From Podarcis pityusensis (Eukaryota), in NCBI GenBank assembly GCA_964106645.2, contig OZ067043.1: 64,000 bases of DNA; one strand, 5' to 3'. The notes under the pieces were generated by a model. It did not search any database. It was not told the origin of the DNA and saw only the letters and a program-made list of their open reading frames with translations. Both the position numbers and the translations under genes were made by a program. Shown piece by piece: positions 47,100 through 61,500 of the stretch; positions within the stretch are counted from its first letter, which is position 1; each line of letters starts with the position of its first letter.

Positions 47100-47720
47100 T
47101 CGCCACTGCCGCGTATTCACACGTGTCGGGAATTATCTCCCCTTCATCTTGCTTCTGTTTCACGCCCCTCTCAACCCTTGGATTATTTCCTTCTATGTCT
47201 CTCCCCACTTCTTTATGTGCCTTCCCCGGTGCCTTCACCGCGGCCCTTGGGCTTGTTGGTTCACACCGTGCGGAAATCAAGCGGGGCGAAACCTCGCCGC
47301 CTGCTGCCTGCCGCTCTCTCTGCCTTCCTTCCCCTCCAGATCCGGACTCTCCCGGCGTTGGTTGTTTCCTTGCCTAAGGCACGGCTCCCCCTTGCTGCCA
47401 GCTTCCTGTGTTGCAGGTGAGGCGCGGCTCGAATCCAGGCTCCCGCTTCCGCCCAGGTAAGAGCGAGTGGAAGATCCGAAAGAGGCAGCCGTGGCAGATC
47501 TCTCCTCCTCCCGCAGAGACCAGGTAAGAGGGGGTCCAGGAACAGGCGACCCTCTCCTCGCCCCCTGTCATTTGCGGGGAAGAGAAGCAGCGCGCAGCCG
47601 CTGGAAAAGCAACCGGCGGGGCATTTACAGGACGCCCTCCACTTACTTCCTGGATGTTTCTAAGTTTCGTCGAAAACACTTGTCGCACTTCGGGCTGGGC
47701 TGCTTTGCAGAGCCCTGAGC
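47100..47720 (+). promoter_or_regulatory. CpG island / PATJ promoter and non-coding first exon (boundaries approximate)
   Basis: CpG-rich block ~2 kb upstream of the first PATJ coding exon. Candidate donors: CAG|GTGAGG (47416), CAG|GTAAGA (47456), CAG|GTAAGA (47523). Confidence 0.75.
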
Positions 47721-49488
47721 TGGGATTTAAATCTCTGTGGAGTTTGTTCCCAGTTCGTGCTTTTCCTTCTAATTATCCAAGGCTAAAAAGATTTAATAAC
47801 AACAGTAATAAAAAATTGAAATTCTAATTTTAACTGCAAGCTTCCACACCCACTGGGCTTCCTTGTTTTGGCTGTGGTGAGGGATTTTGATTATTGCATG
47901 GTGGTGGCCGCTTTGGGAGTTGTCCTGTTTAAAGTTTTAACATAAACAGTTGAAAACCTAAGACAGGGTGGAGAAGCGGTGAAAAGCTATTTTCAGCCTG
48001 GTTGTAACTCTCAGCCATGGCGCAACAGGTCCCACACCTTGGCCCCTGACTAGCTGCTGCACCTTGCTTGAGTAGTTCCTGCCTCTCCATGTCTTTACAC
48101 AGCCTCTCTGGTGGGACTTGTGAGGCCACCCACAGGTTGAGAGTGGACCCACCTGTACTGACCTCACACCACCTGTTTCTGAGGTCTAGCAGCCACCTCT
48201 GCTGGTGGAATTTGAGCTTTGTGCCTCTCTGAGGACAAGGGGCCCATCTTCCCTGTGCTGCACCACTGTCTACAGTGGGCAGTGGCAGCAGCACCAATGT
48301 TGTCTTTCTCCCTCTTGGGCTCAGAGAGTTGCCTGCCGATGGCAGTTGTGTCTCACGCTCCTGACAAAGGGAACAAGTGGAGCTGTAAGGAGCCTCCGCC
48401 CCCCTTCTCTTTCTTGTTGACCCTTTCTGTGTTGCACTTTCCTCTAGTTGCCCCTTTCTCTGTGGCTGGTGACACAGGGAGGCTTAGGTCCAGCAGGGCT
48501 TCCCAGGGTGAGCACTGCTTCACATCTCCTGTCATTTGTGAACTGCCTTTGGGCAGCTTCGTGGAAGAGACTGGGCCAAGTGGGTCTGTCCAGAGAGAGA
48601 GAACCTAAGCTGTTGCTGCCTCTGCCTGCTCTTGGCAATAAGCAGCTAGGATTGGATGCAGCAGGCATGGCTCTGCCAAGACATTTGCCGCCTAAGGCAG
48701 AACAGCAAAGTGTGCCCTCCCGCACTTCATGCACATAATAGCCACAGCCAGTTAAGTTTATTTTGCCACTCAAGGCAGAACAATCCCCAAACCCCCTCTC
48801 ACCTTCCCTGGTAGTAAAATACAATAGTAATAAATTAAATAATCATATGAAGCCTTTTTGTGACACCCCAAACCAGCTGCCTCATTCTGCCGCCAATGAT
48901 AGGGCTGGCACTGCTGTAGCACCACTTGGAAGAGTGCCAAAGCAGGGAGGCCAACAGTAATCCAATGTGAATTTAAACTCGTATAATGGGAGAATATGGC
49001 AGGGGTGTAAATTTTTGAATTTGCTGGGTCCCTTTTATGTTTATATGTAGCAGGAAGCTAAATAGCCACATGGATAATTCTTCTCAGCATTGTTTGGGTT
49101 ATGCTAAATAATAATACATATTGGATAATACGTATTGTTTAGTGGCTGGGGAATTTTTTTTCTTTTAAATGCTTTAGGCTGCAGTCCTGACCCCTCTTGT
49201 CTGGAAGTAAGCTCCACTGAATTCAGTTGGACTTGCTTATTAATGGATATGGTTAAGATTGTGCTGTTAGTGAAGAAACTGTATTTATCACAATAGTAAT
49301 CCCCCTATGATCTCCAAACATTTTGATTGAATGTGGGATTTTAAGAAGCAGCTTTTGAGAATGATTACAGGTATTATGTGTGTGTGTGACATCTTTGCTC
49401 CACAAAGAAACATGTTGACCTCAACTTAACTTGTACTTTTATTTTAAAATGCAGATTATTTTGACTACTGCAGCACAGATAAGCCAAC

Positions 49489-49510
49489 ATGCCGGAAAAT
49501 CCTGTTGCAG
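49489..49510 (+). CDS. PATJ: PATJ first coding exon (MPENPVA; exon probably begins at 49455)
   Basis: Acceptor aatgcag at 49454, ATG at 49489, donor CAG|GTAGGC. Confidence 0.9.
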
Positions 49511-52500
49511 GTAGGCATCTCTGGAAAAGAATCTCTTGGTCAAATAATCAAATATTTCAAAGCAGGCGTTTAATGTGTGATGTTTTATGGAATCCCACAG
49601 ATAAGCAGCAGGTGCTGCGGATTTTGGAGCGTTTGCTATTGAAGCTACACGAGAGAGGAGACACTTCACAGATCGATAATCTGGCTTTCCTGTACAATAC
49701 ACTCAAGAATCCCTTGTTTAATCATATGCTGACTCTTCAGCAGTCAATCAAGCAACTGAAAGAACAAGTAAGTTAAAGACTGTGAAGTTTAGCAATGCTG
49801 GTGGTTATGTTTGAGGGATGAATTAATGAAATATTCATCGCTGACAATGTTGTTTTACACTATGTATCTGCTTGGGGTGAATGCTGATCTTTTGTCATGT
49901 CTATGGTAAATTTATAATCATTGTAATGTATCATGGATTTACTAAATCACTCACTAATTGCCTTCAGACAATTATGTTCTCTGTCTGGGGTTGGGTCCTG
50001 CCCTGGGCTCCTTTTGCAGGAAGGGTGGGATAGAAATTCAGTAACTAAAATAGATAATAAATAGATGACCATGAGGCCCGCCCCCCACTCTGTGATTTGT
50101 TACTAATGTTATACAAAGGTTTAACATCAGAGGTCAAACTGCCGCCTATCGTGCCTTGAACCTAACATTTGAAGTTTTCCTAGAGGTTTTCCTACATTTG
50201 GCCACTCCTGAGATAAATAAGAAGCGCTTACTCACAAATCGACTGGCAGGAGAAACAATTATATGTGTAAATTAATGTCTTCCCTTGCTATCCACAGCTC
50301 GCTTACATGCCTCCAAATCGTTCAGTGGATTTTGATTTTACCAGGAGAGGTTTGCTGGTGTTTGACGCTGATCAAAATTCTCTTGCTAATGGAAACCTTT
50401 ATATGACTTGCAACCAAAACAATCAGATGACTCCTCTAGTTCCAAAGCCTGGAGTTGATGAGTTTAATTTGGCAATCCAGAGGATGGCAAAGGTATGGCA
50501 CAGCACCATTGGCAAACTAAATATATATTGCTCATCCCATTAATTCCAAATGTTTCTGGTTTTTAAGTTTTACATTTGTACAGCAAAGCATGCAAGTGTA
50601 TTTTTTTTTTGGGGGGGGGTTGCATTATAATTGTATAATGGTAAGTAATAGAAAGCTCATGTTCTAAGTATTTTTTGAGCAGGTTCTTGCCAAACCTTGA
50701 ATTTGTGGCATTTTCTTCGATTCTTGCATGCATTCAGTGTTCCTTTTGTAAAAACTCAGGAAGTGTGTAGTAATCATCATCATCATCATCATCATCATCA
50801 GTGCTTTTTTTCTAAAAAAATGGTTAGGGGTACTCTCATTTTGACTCAAGAAAATCACCATTTTATAGTTCAAATTGGGAAAAATAAATATAGTAAATTG
50901 ACAAAATTTAAAAAGATTGACAAAATGTTTAGGGGGTGTGCGTACCCCTGCACACCCCCATGAAAAAAACACAGATAATAATAGTATTGATACCCCACCA
51001 ATCTGGCTGGGTTTCCCCAGCCACTCTGGGCAGCTTATCTAAAAACATAATAAAAGCATTAAAAAACTCCTGATACAGGGCTACCATCAGATGTCTTCTA
51101 AAAGTTGTGTAATTCTTTATTTTCTTGACATCTGAAGGGTGGGCATTCCACAGGGAGGGCGCCACTACTGAGAAGGCCCTCTGCCTGGTTCCCTGTCACT
51201 TTGCTTCTTGCAGTGGGAGAACCAGTAGAAGACCCTCGGTGGAGGACCTCAATGTCCGGGCTAAGCAATAAGGGGACTAGTTTAGTGGTCAATTTCACTA
51301 TTCTATGTAATGTTATTATTTTGTAATGACATCAAGTTGAAGCCATACATGAAATTTGGTTCTCAATAGGCTTTGCTTGTTTAGTTTTTTTTGGGGGGGG
51401 GTGTATTTTAAGATAAATGAATAGAATATTGTAAGTTAATTGCTTCTATTTTTCATTTATTAGGGCAGGCAAATAGAAAATATTGCAATAGAGAAGCCAT
51501 TTAATGGAGGCCTTGGTTTTAGTGTGGTTGCTCTTAAAAACCAAAGTCTTGGAGAACCCGGTATCTTTGTCAAGGAAGTTCAGCCAGGAAGCATAGCAGC
51601 CAGGTGAGATTCTTGTTTCATATTGTCAAAGCTCATAAAAATAACACAAATTGAATAAAGGGTATGACATTCTTTATGCTGTTCTTTAAAACCATTGTTC
51701 TTAAATACTATTGGCATTGCCAGGACCCAAGACAGCCAAGAGTTGTCTTGTCAAATTGCCTTGTTGTAAGGCAAGACATCTTGCCCACCAGCCTGCCACA
51801 GATTAGTGGATGTGAACTGGACACCACAGTGCACTAGAAGCAGAGTACAGGGGCATTATGGACAGCCGCCTGCCAAGGGTGGCTCTGTATAATGAAAGCA
51901 TATGAGCCAATAATGCTAATAATGTTTAGCATTCATTTTAGACTTGAGCAGCCAAGGAGCCCTATCATGATTCCTGTGATTCAGAAGGTGGGCACTGAGA
52001 TATAGTGCTCACTTTAATGAATTTATGGACAAGTGAGATACAAACTAGGGACAACTCATGCTTTTCTCACTATACTGCACCAGCCAACCGCAATACTATT
52101 AGAGAAGGCAGTTCTCTATCCCACCGCATATCTGTGGGGGGTGTTTGTGTCCTTGAAAACCTGTTATGAAGATGCTGCCATGCTCTTTTCAAGCATTTTG
52201 TTTGCTTTATCCAAGGGATCAAAGATTAAAGGAGAATGACCAAATACTGGCCATTAATCACACCCTGTTGGATCAGAACATTTCCCATCAACAGGCCATT
52301 ATATTGCTCCAGCAAGCCACAGGTTCCTTACATTTGATTGTGGCTAAGGAGCCAACCCAGAGAAGCAGTTGGACCTCAACCTCCTTAAGTGATGTTAATT
52401 CACTTGAAATGGTAAGTTACAGCTTTGTCAGAATTGAGTTTTGAATTACAAGCATCTTAAAACACATTGTACAGTGTTTACAATGCTCAACAAATTGCAC

Positions 52501-55500
52501 TGGGGCATTTAACTCTGTATGATTAGTGTCTTTGTCTTCCACACAGATAAAATGTAGATCAGACAAAATATGCAGTTAAAAAAAACCATATTCCTAGATG
52601 TATGTGTCAACTTGCAACTCTCTTGGAACAACCTTGCAACTTCAAATGGAGTTGTAAAAATAATAAAATTGCTTTGTAGGAAGTAACTAGCTGGTAACCC
52701 ATTGAGTTCAAATGCTATCTCCTGTGTTCTATAAACTTTGTGTGTGCTGTGCATTCTTATTTTTTAATGTTTATTAAATTTCTAAACCACCCTTCATCCA
52801 AAGATCATAGGACAGCTTACAATATAAAAACATAACCATACACGCTATTGCAGCCCACAAGTATCATGATAAACAGACTTTCATCTTCTGTCTCTTCCAG
52901 ATCAATTGGGGCCATGTTGAGGAAGTAGAGTTGGTTAACGATGGCTCAGGATTGGGTTTCGGAATTGTAGGAGGAAAGTCAAGTGGCGTAGTGGTGAGGA
53001 CTGTTGTTCCTGGAGGTCTGGCAGATAAGGTAACTGGTTTGTACTGTGTCCTTCTTTAAAACAAAACATCCAATAGTTGGAATTTCAAAGCAAGCTAAAG
53101 TGTTGTATTTTAAAGAGTGGCAGGTGCTGGTGGTGGGTGATTGATGCAACCAGTTGGAGACCCCCTTGCCTAGCTTAACCTGCACTTCCTTTCACTAGAC
53201 ACTGGAGAAAGATGGCAGAGTTATACCCATCTCTTTCCACTTCTTCCTCACTACTGCTGTTAGCAAAGTGAATGGCAAGCACAATCCTAGCCGTGCTGCT
53301 CATTCCATTGTGGGGAGAGGACAGTATTTGGGCAGAAGTGCTGACTCCAGTCCATGGCCTTTATTTCCACATGCCTATTATGATCAAAGAAGACTGATAC
53401 TATTCAAGACTCAAGAGTCAGTATCTATAAAAGCCAGACTAAAGCTTCGGCAAGGATAACTAACTTTAAATGTTGACGGTGTCTGTGTTCCAAGTCAGAT
53501 GAATGGTTTTTCAAGCATGCCACAGTAAGAAGGGGAATTTAGAAAACATGTGCACCATTTGGATCTAAAGATCAGTAATATGTTAACCATTAGACTTAAA
53601 GTATTGGAGAGCAGCAACACAAAGCTGTATTCATGCATTATGCCAAACTCAGTTAATCACTACATGTACTAACAGCAGTGAGTTTGCTCCCATCCTCCCT
53701 ATTTGTCTTCCTAACTATTATTATTAATGTTAATTAAATTTCTGTACCACCCTTCAAAGATAACCGGGTGGTTTACAATATAAATATAACTATCCCTCAC
53801 CCTCTATTCACAGAGGTTTCCTAGCCAATCAGATTTTGATTCTATCAACCTAATTTGCTGTATTTGCATGCAGTACACAACACAATAGTTTACTGAGAAA
53901 CTGGAAGTTGGTTGGGATATTGCTGTGAATGTGTGCGGCCGAGGCTTACCAGTTGTTCAAAACTAAGTTTTGGTGATGTTTGTGAATGCAGCAAGAAACT
54001 CTATAAACGAATCATATTTGTTTTGGTGCCTATGGAACTAATACAGCTTATGTTGTATTTGAACTCTCTTACACAGAACTCTCCGGACTTTGCAAAGCTG
54101 TAGTGTTCATGCTTGAGATTCCCAGAATAATAAGCATGAGTTCAAATAGGAATACTATTTAATTATGACATTTTCAAGTAATTTTAGTGGCTTACATAGT
54201 TTCCTGCATCTCCCATTTTTATCTTCACAACAACCCTGTGAGGTAGATCAGGTAAAAAATAGGATACAGGTCTCCCTGGCTCTAGTCCAGGGCAGTTGTT
54301 AGTGTTTCCACCTATAGCTTGATCATGCCAGGAAGATACCTACATGATCATAGAGTTGTGAATCTTCATGCAACAACCCAAGTTGCTTTACAGGCTGTGG
54401 GTTTTGGAGTCAGCTGACTGTGCACTCTTGATAGGAATTGAGACCCTGAGTCTATTTTTTAAGAAATTATGAACCTCTTGTGCTTCCATGTCCATCAGCT
54501 GGCACTAAAGGATGCTACACCTTTTGGGATTGGCGTTTCAGTGCAACTTTGACTAAAACTTGCTGCCTCTAACCTTGTGGATACAAAGAGGACTCTGTTT
54601 CATTTTATTAATATTAATGTACGGAAAAGAGACAGATTATAGGATGTGTTCCAATTCATAATATAAATGAAAGTTGGGAGACTTGAAGAGTTGAAATTTT
54701 AAAAGTTGGCTGTTCTGCCCCCTCTACAAAACTGTCTGTTATAATGAATGCTTTTCTCTTGTGCCTTTGGAACACCTGTTTTGCTGTAAGGAACAAAATG
54801 TTTTGGCATCCAAAAGCATATGTCATACTGTCTTAATTTGCAGCAGTCTTGAGTGACTAAGAATAGGGGTACAGTACAAAAAGGAGAGTAATTATGTTAA
54901 ATTTGGAAAGAAGAGGAGGAAGAGATAATGGCCACATCCACCCGTAACGCTAAGCCAAACCCTGGCATAGGGTGAACATGTTGACTCCCAAGGAGTGGAT
55001 TGCACTTTCTTTGCTAATTCGTGGACTTTTTACCTCAGCCAGCCAGCCAAGCCAAAGTTTGGCTTAGTGTGTCATCTGAACCAGTGTTTGTGGTTGAGGT
55101 CTTTCCTCCTTACCCATGATTTGTAGCCAAGGTTTGTCCTATGGTTACGGAGGAGAGACCTGAGCAACAATCCCAGGTTCAGACAACATGCTAAGAAAAA
55201 CTTTGGCTTAGCTGCTGTTCCATGCTGCACTAAGAAGCCCCCAGAGAGGAACAAAGCAGGTGTGAGCTCCTTAGTGGAAGCCAGCACGGTCCCAGGATGC
55301 CATACTGTGTCTTGCCTTGACATGAAAAAAGGCCATTGACTGGAAGAGCCAGCACTGATATTGAGACATTGTTTGCTTGGGGAGTTTACTTTGGCAAATT
55401 GCTGCTCACACAAACAATCTGTTCCACATGGGCAGTGTAATAGCAGAGGACCAGCTCATGGGATATCACACCAGCTACTTCTGTGACAAAAAGAAATCTT

Positions 55501-58500
55501 GCATGCATCCATCTTGCAGAAGTAACCACTCTATACTTGTCTGAGCAGCTCTTCTGGTGTTCTGGAGCTCATGTGTGGATGGTTGTTAGTCCATGTAGAG
55601 TCTGAAAAATGACATATCCACTAAATCTGAATTATGAACCTTTGCAGAAGCCAGAATGTTCACTTATGAGGGGAAAGCGTATCTGATTTTTTCTGTCAAA
55701 TTCTCCATGCATGTCTGGCGGTTTATGGACTTGTGTTTTGTGCTTTGTCTTGAGACATTATCTGAAATGTTTTACTCGCAAAAAATGATGGTTTAAGGCT
55801 CACTCCTATAATTTATTTACTTTCCCCGAGAGTGATCTTGCTTGTAAATATAGTTTGGTGGAAAGTATGTAGAATTCCTTAAACATAAATGGTCTTGCAA
55901 TGTGCGTGTGGCATTTAAGATACCTTTTTCTAGGAGCACTAAATCCAAACCCCTCCATTTGCTTTTCTGTTTAATAGACCAGTTTCTATAGGAAGTTGCA
56001 AAACTACAAATATTTTTCTGTAGTAGTTTCCTAATTCCCGCCCCCTTGCCCTTATGAAATAACCAAAGAAGTGGCTGATGGTGCAGTAGGTTTTAAAGAA
56101 ATTGGATATTTAATATTTGACTTTTTCTTTTCACAGTAGCATTTGGTGCTGCATTGTTTCATTTGATAGCATTTTGCCCAGTCTGGAGGCATTTTTTTGG
56201 GGAGGGGGAATACACAGTTATAGTTTGGCAGTGCCTAATTATACTTTAGTTGCAAATCTTAAAACTATGCAAAAGTAAAGCCTTGTTTGCTACTCAAAGG
56301 ATGGCAGACTCAGAACTGGTGATCACATCTTGGAAATTGGTGGGACAAACGTGCAAGGAATGAGTAGCGAACAAGTGGCTCAAGTGTTGCGAAACTGTGG
56401 GAACCGTGTCAAGATGGTTGTTGCAAGAGACCCCACGTGTGAAGTAACGGTGACACCGCCAACCCCTGTAGCACAGCCTGTTGGTATGCTGTCTCCTTTT
56501 CATGACAGGCGATTTGGAACGGTGAGTATCTTCATGCTTTGCAGTTCTTCCACGAGTTGCATTCTGCAGCAAATACATGATTGAAAACCCCGTATAGATT
56601 GCAAGATTTCAAGGCTATAATTGCCCCCCCTCAAGGTGCATCTCAGCAAATGTTCCAAAAACAGTCACCGCCACCTCCACCATCACTCACCTTCACTGTA
56701 GAAATTCACAGACTCTCTCGCTATCACAAAGCAGAAGATTATTTACTACTTCCCTATAGCTGAGCTCCCTTCATTTTCTAGAGCTGTTCCTTCTGCCTCA
56801 ACTGGACATGATTTGTTTGAAGTGGATGCCCTTGTTAGGGAAGGCCTTCCCCTGAGAGGCTCAACTAGCCCTGATAACGGCTGTTTTATATTTGTTGGGC
56901 AAAATCCTTATTCTCTCAGGTTTAATGTTCTTTAAAGTATTGTTAGATTCCCTTTTATTTAATAGCTTCATCTTTTGTTGTTGTTAATCTTATAAAACTA
57001 TTTGTGATGACAGAAGTAGGCGGGATAATCTGTTCTACCTGAATAGCTCATTATACTTGTGACCTATGTAATATAGGTGTATACATAGGGGGGGAATCTG
57101 ACCCTTCTTACATATTTGGTTTATAGCCTATCTAAAGGTTTGGGAAAGTTAACAAAATGTTAAAAATCAGACTACTTAATTAAATTCATCTAACCCCATG
57201 GTTCCCAATGTAGATCCAAACTTAGTCATAATGCTTAGAGAGTAGACCCATTAAAAGAAATGGGGCCTAAGTTACTCATGACTGATGTAGGACTGGTGTC
57301 CCATTGATTTCAATGGGTCTAATCTAAGCACGATAAAGTCTGGATCCAGCCCTTTATTTAGAAATTTATCCAACAGGAGGTTTGGCACTTGACACAGCCC
57401 TCTGTTTTAAGTTCCAGGGGTAATGTAATGATGTACTAGAGTCCTTGTAGCCTACACTAATACATTTGCTGCTAAAAATGCATCTTACAAATATGGTTTT
57501 AACAAATCTTTAATTTTTGTCACATTAAAGTGTTTTGTTTAAACAAAAGCCCTTCTCAGTTTTGAGTAATTAAAATAAACTAATGCTACTCAAAGTATGC
57601 AGGAGGTCTTGAAATGTAAGCAAAGCTGTGCTTGTATTCCATCTGTTGCTACTGTGCTTTTTAGGCGTGGAATATTTTCAGAGATTTCTCTCCTGCCCTG
57701 TGCTGTGGTTTTTTCACTGCTGCTGCTTCTGTTCCTTCTCAACTACTACAGTGTGATATTTGGGGACATGGCTCTTAGAAACATGGGTTTGTATTGTGGG
57801 CCCTGCTGCCCCACAGTTAGACAGAATGAGATAGCAGGCCATTGCTTTGGGGAGTCATGAAAGGGACAGCAAATTGCTATTTAATTGTCCGTTCATTATT
57901 ATGACAATTTTTACTGTCGGGAATGGGGAAAGCTGCATGTGGGGTTTTCTGCCTCAGGTGCCAAAATAGATTGGCTGGTTGGCCTTGGGTACTATGAACA
58001 TGCCTCCTGGCTAGGGAAGAAGCATTTGCTGCTCCATTTAGGGCTGTAAAATACTGGTACATTGGGGATGGCCCTGGCTGAGGTGATTTCAGTTTTTGTA
58101 CTCTGATTCCAAATGCATTTTAAGTCTAATGATGCCTCTGGAGAATAATGAAACATTATTCAGAGAGAAGGTGTAATCTCGGCCCCAGTGTCATTCTTCT
58201 GACTTAATCACCTTAACCTCAAGGAACTCCTTGCTGGACCCAAATAAGTTGCTTGCTAGAGATGGAGTTTATTGAGACTCACTGCAGCCTCTTCATGCAA
58301 TATGATTGCTTTCCGGCGTGGACTGAGAAGTTCAAGGGAGCCAGGGTGAGGCAGCTGGTTTGGGATGTCATGTCAGGCAGCAAATTTGTACGCCATCCAG
58401 TTTATTGCATTTTTACTGCCAGGGGAGGAGGAAGAGGCATCAATAACTTCTTGACATTGTGCCCATGCTGCTGTAGCCTTGAGACAGTCTTCTGGATCAA

Positions 58501-61500
58501 CATGTTGAACATTTCCTAGTACCAGGACCTTACATATATGATTAGTTAGAAGATATCTAACTACTTTAATTGAATTGCACTATCACTTTGTTCTAAGCTG
58601 TTAGTGGCAGTGTGGCCTTGTGGTTGATTATTTTCTTCCATCTTTGCCCTCACTTCATCTTGGACATATCACATTCTTGCTTATCCATTAAATTAAATAA
58701 TATTGTCCCATATATGTAGGTAACCACTCTTTTACAGCTATTTTCACCTTTTGTATCCTACTTTGGACAAACTCTTGTGCCTTTCTAAGGTGGCAAAATG
58801 CCTTACTGCATTCGCCACCTCAATTTCACGTTGAGGAATTGCATATTTGAAATTACTCCTGTGTGAAAAGCAAATGTCAGAATTTATCATGGCTCCTTAA
58901 AAACCTGGAAGAGTATTGGGTCCTTTGACTATTGCATAGGCCTGAGCTAAGTCCCACTCCTTTGACAATCTGCTGCAGCCACTGGTAGGAACAACAGGAA
59001 CATTTTAGAAGAATTTATTTCAGTACTGAAGCTATGAAAATAGCAAACCTCTTGTGGACTGAGATTGCAAAAGGATATTGCCATTGGATTCTGGGACCGA
59101 AGAAGCATCCAGTTGGGAGATGAGTTATGGGAATTCATGGCAGAAGCTGGAGAAGTGCTTAATGCAGATGTTTATAATCTGAAACTTCAAGCTTCAAAAC
59201 ATGCTTTTATTTCCTAGGAAAATGAAATTCATGAAGTTCAGTTGACTAAGAAGGATGGACAGAGTCTTGGTATAACAATTGTTGGCTATTCAGGAGTTTC
59301 TGATACAGGTGAGTTATATGACATTTTCTCTTTTGCTACAGAAAGCCCACAAAACGGACTCTTTGCTGGAATCTGTAAAATTTCAACACGTTCTAAATGC
59401 AGAATTAACAAGTAACAGTGTTCTTTTTCTTTTCTTTAAGCAGAATCTTCAGGGATTTTTGTCAAAAACATAATACCTGACAGTGCTGCGGAACACAGCG
59501 GTCAAATAAAAGTCCATGACAGAATTATTGCTGTAAGTTTAAGTCTTATTTTTGCAAGCTGTAGAATCATACTTTGCAAAACATTACTGGTGTAAAATCT
59601 GAGAATGTTAGGCATAAAATAATTTGTTCCAGATTATTTGCTGGCTGAGAATCCCCTTCACATGCCGTCCATCAAATGCGAGTGACTTTTCCCTTATGTA
59701 AAGCTTCCCTGCCAGCAAAGTACATTCAAGACCTATGTAGTCTGTGCTGTCCACATGACTGCATCAGTCACATGCAGCTCCCTCCCACCACTCCCTGGTG
59801 GCTGCAGCTGCATATAAATGGCATGACCACTGACCGCAAGTTCACCTCTGCGGAAAATGCAATGTGTGTGATAGTATAGGATAATGGCTTGGATCCTCAC
59901 GTGAAAGGAACAGAACTCATATTTATAGAAAGGTACCTTTTTTTTGCCTCCCCCTTTCTACTGCCGTTTCCTGAAAGTCTAATATGGGGGTTGAAGGACT
60001 CTGGGAAATGCTATACAGTATGATGTAGAGGATTGCAGATGGATTGGAAGCTGACAGATGTCAACTTCTCGCTTGTCTGTGTACAGTGGTACCTCAGGTT
60101 AAGTACTTAATTCATTCCAGAGGTCCGTTCTTAACCTGAAACTGTTCTTAATCTGAAGCACCACTTTAGCTAATGGGGCTTCCTGCTGCCGCTGCGCTGC
60201 CGCAGCACAATTTCTCTTCTCATCCTGAAGCAAAGTTCTTAACCTGAGGTACTATTTCTGGGTTAGCCGAGTCTGTAACCTGAAGTGTATGTAACCCAAG
60301 GTACCACTGTACTTTTATTTAAAAAATCCAGAACTCTTAGTTGCAAGGATCCCATATAATCTGAGAATGTGTTCACTCATGCACACAGTCTTGCAACTGA
60401 CCAATTTGTGTTGTGTTGTGTTGTGTTATGTTGTGAACCACCCTGTGATGAAGGGTGGTAAATAAATTTAATAAATAAGCAAATAAATTGCTTTTTCGTG
60501 TCTGGGTTGATAGGGAGCCCTGTTGAGCTTAAGTAATGTTATTTAATATGAGCAATCAGGCTCATCTTCGGATTTTAGAAATGCCCTGTAATTAGCCTTA
60601 AAACTGGTGTTATCATTCAAGCAACTTGCTTTCTTACATGGATTTCCATTTAGAAACCAATTGTACGTGTCATACATGTCTATGTATTAGGTCGATGGGA
60701 TCAACATTCAGAATTATACCAACCAAGAGGTGGTGGAGGCATTGCGAAATACAGGCCCGATTGTACACTTGGCTTTGCTTCGGAAGAAACCATTGTTTCC
60801 TGCTTTCTCTTCAGAAAAAGGCTTAGGCAGAGGTAAAGCTCTTCTTTAACTATACCTAATGTTCTTCTAAGCCAATGCAAATCCCTTGGCATTTATTTCA
60901 CTGAACACCTTGGCATTTTTGTACTGGTGGTACAGTCTTATTTATTTACATGACTGGTCATTCCTGCAGAACCAGTTCATCCTGGTCATATTCTTCCACT
61001 CTTCTGAGTACATGCTTAAAGGTTTTATGTGGGACTTCGCTTGAGGGTAACCACGGTTACTACAGATTGCAGCAGTAACTCAGATCATATTATGCCAGTT
61101 TATACACACACACAACTTTATTTTTTCATATAGAACAAACAAACAAACAAAAAGAAAAATCAATAACAATCCATTTTATATTGAGGTGTTAGACCTGTGC
61201 TTGGAGGTGGTGATAGGCTGGATGTGGGCCAATAACCTGAAACTGAAGCCTGAAAAGGGGTGTTCTGTGTCCCAAGTTCTTGTGTCCAGGAGGTGTGGAG
61301 GCAGCCTGCCTTCGATGGAGCCAATTTTGCAGCTTGGGAGATGCTCGTGGATTTAACTCTGTTACTGGAGACTCAGGTGCCCTCAGGGGCTAGGAGTATT
61401 TAAAGCCCTAAACAACTCGGGGCCCTACAAACCTGAAAGTCTCATTCTCTACAGAGCCCCTCAGGTGCTAAGATTGGCTGTGTGGTGGGGCCCTCTTAGT

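Noticed and set aside
50697-50963. ORF with a poly-His tract
   Set aside because: Translation of a (CAT)n microsatellite and an adjacent MITE within a PATJ intron.
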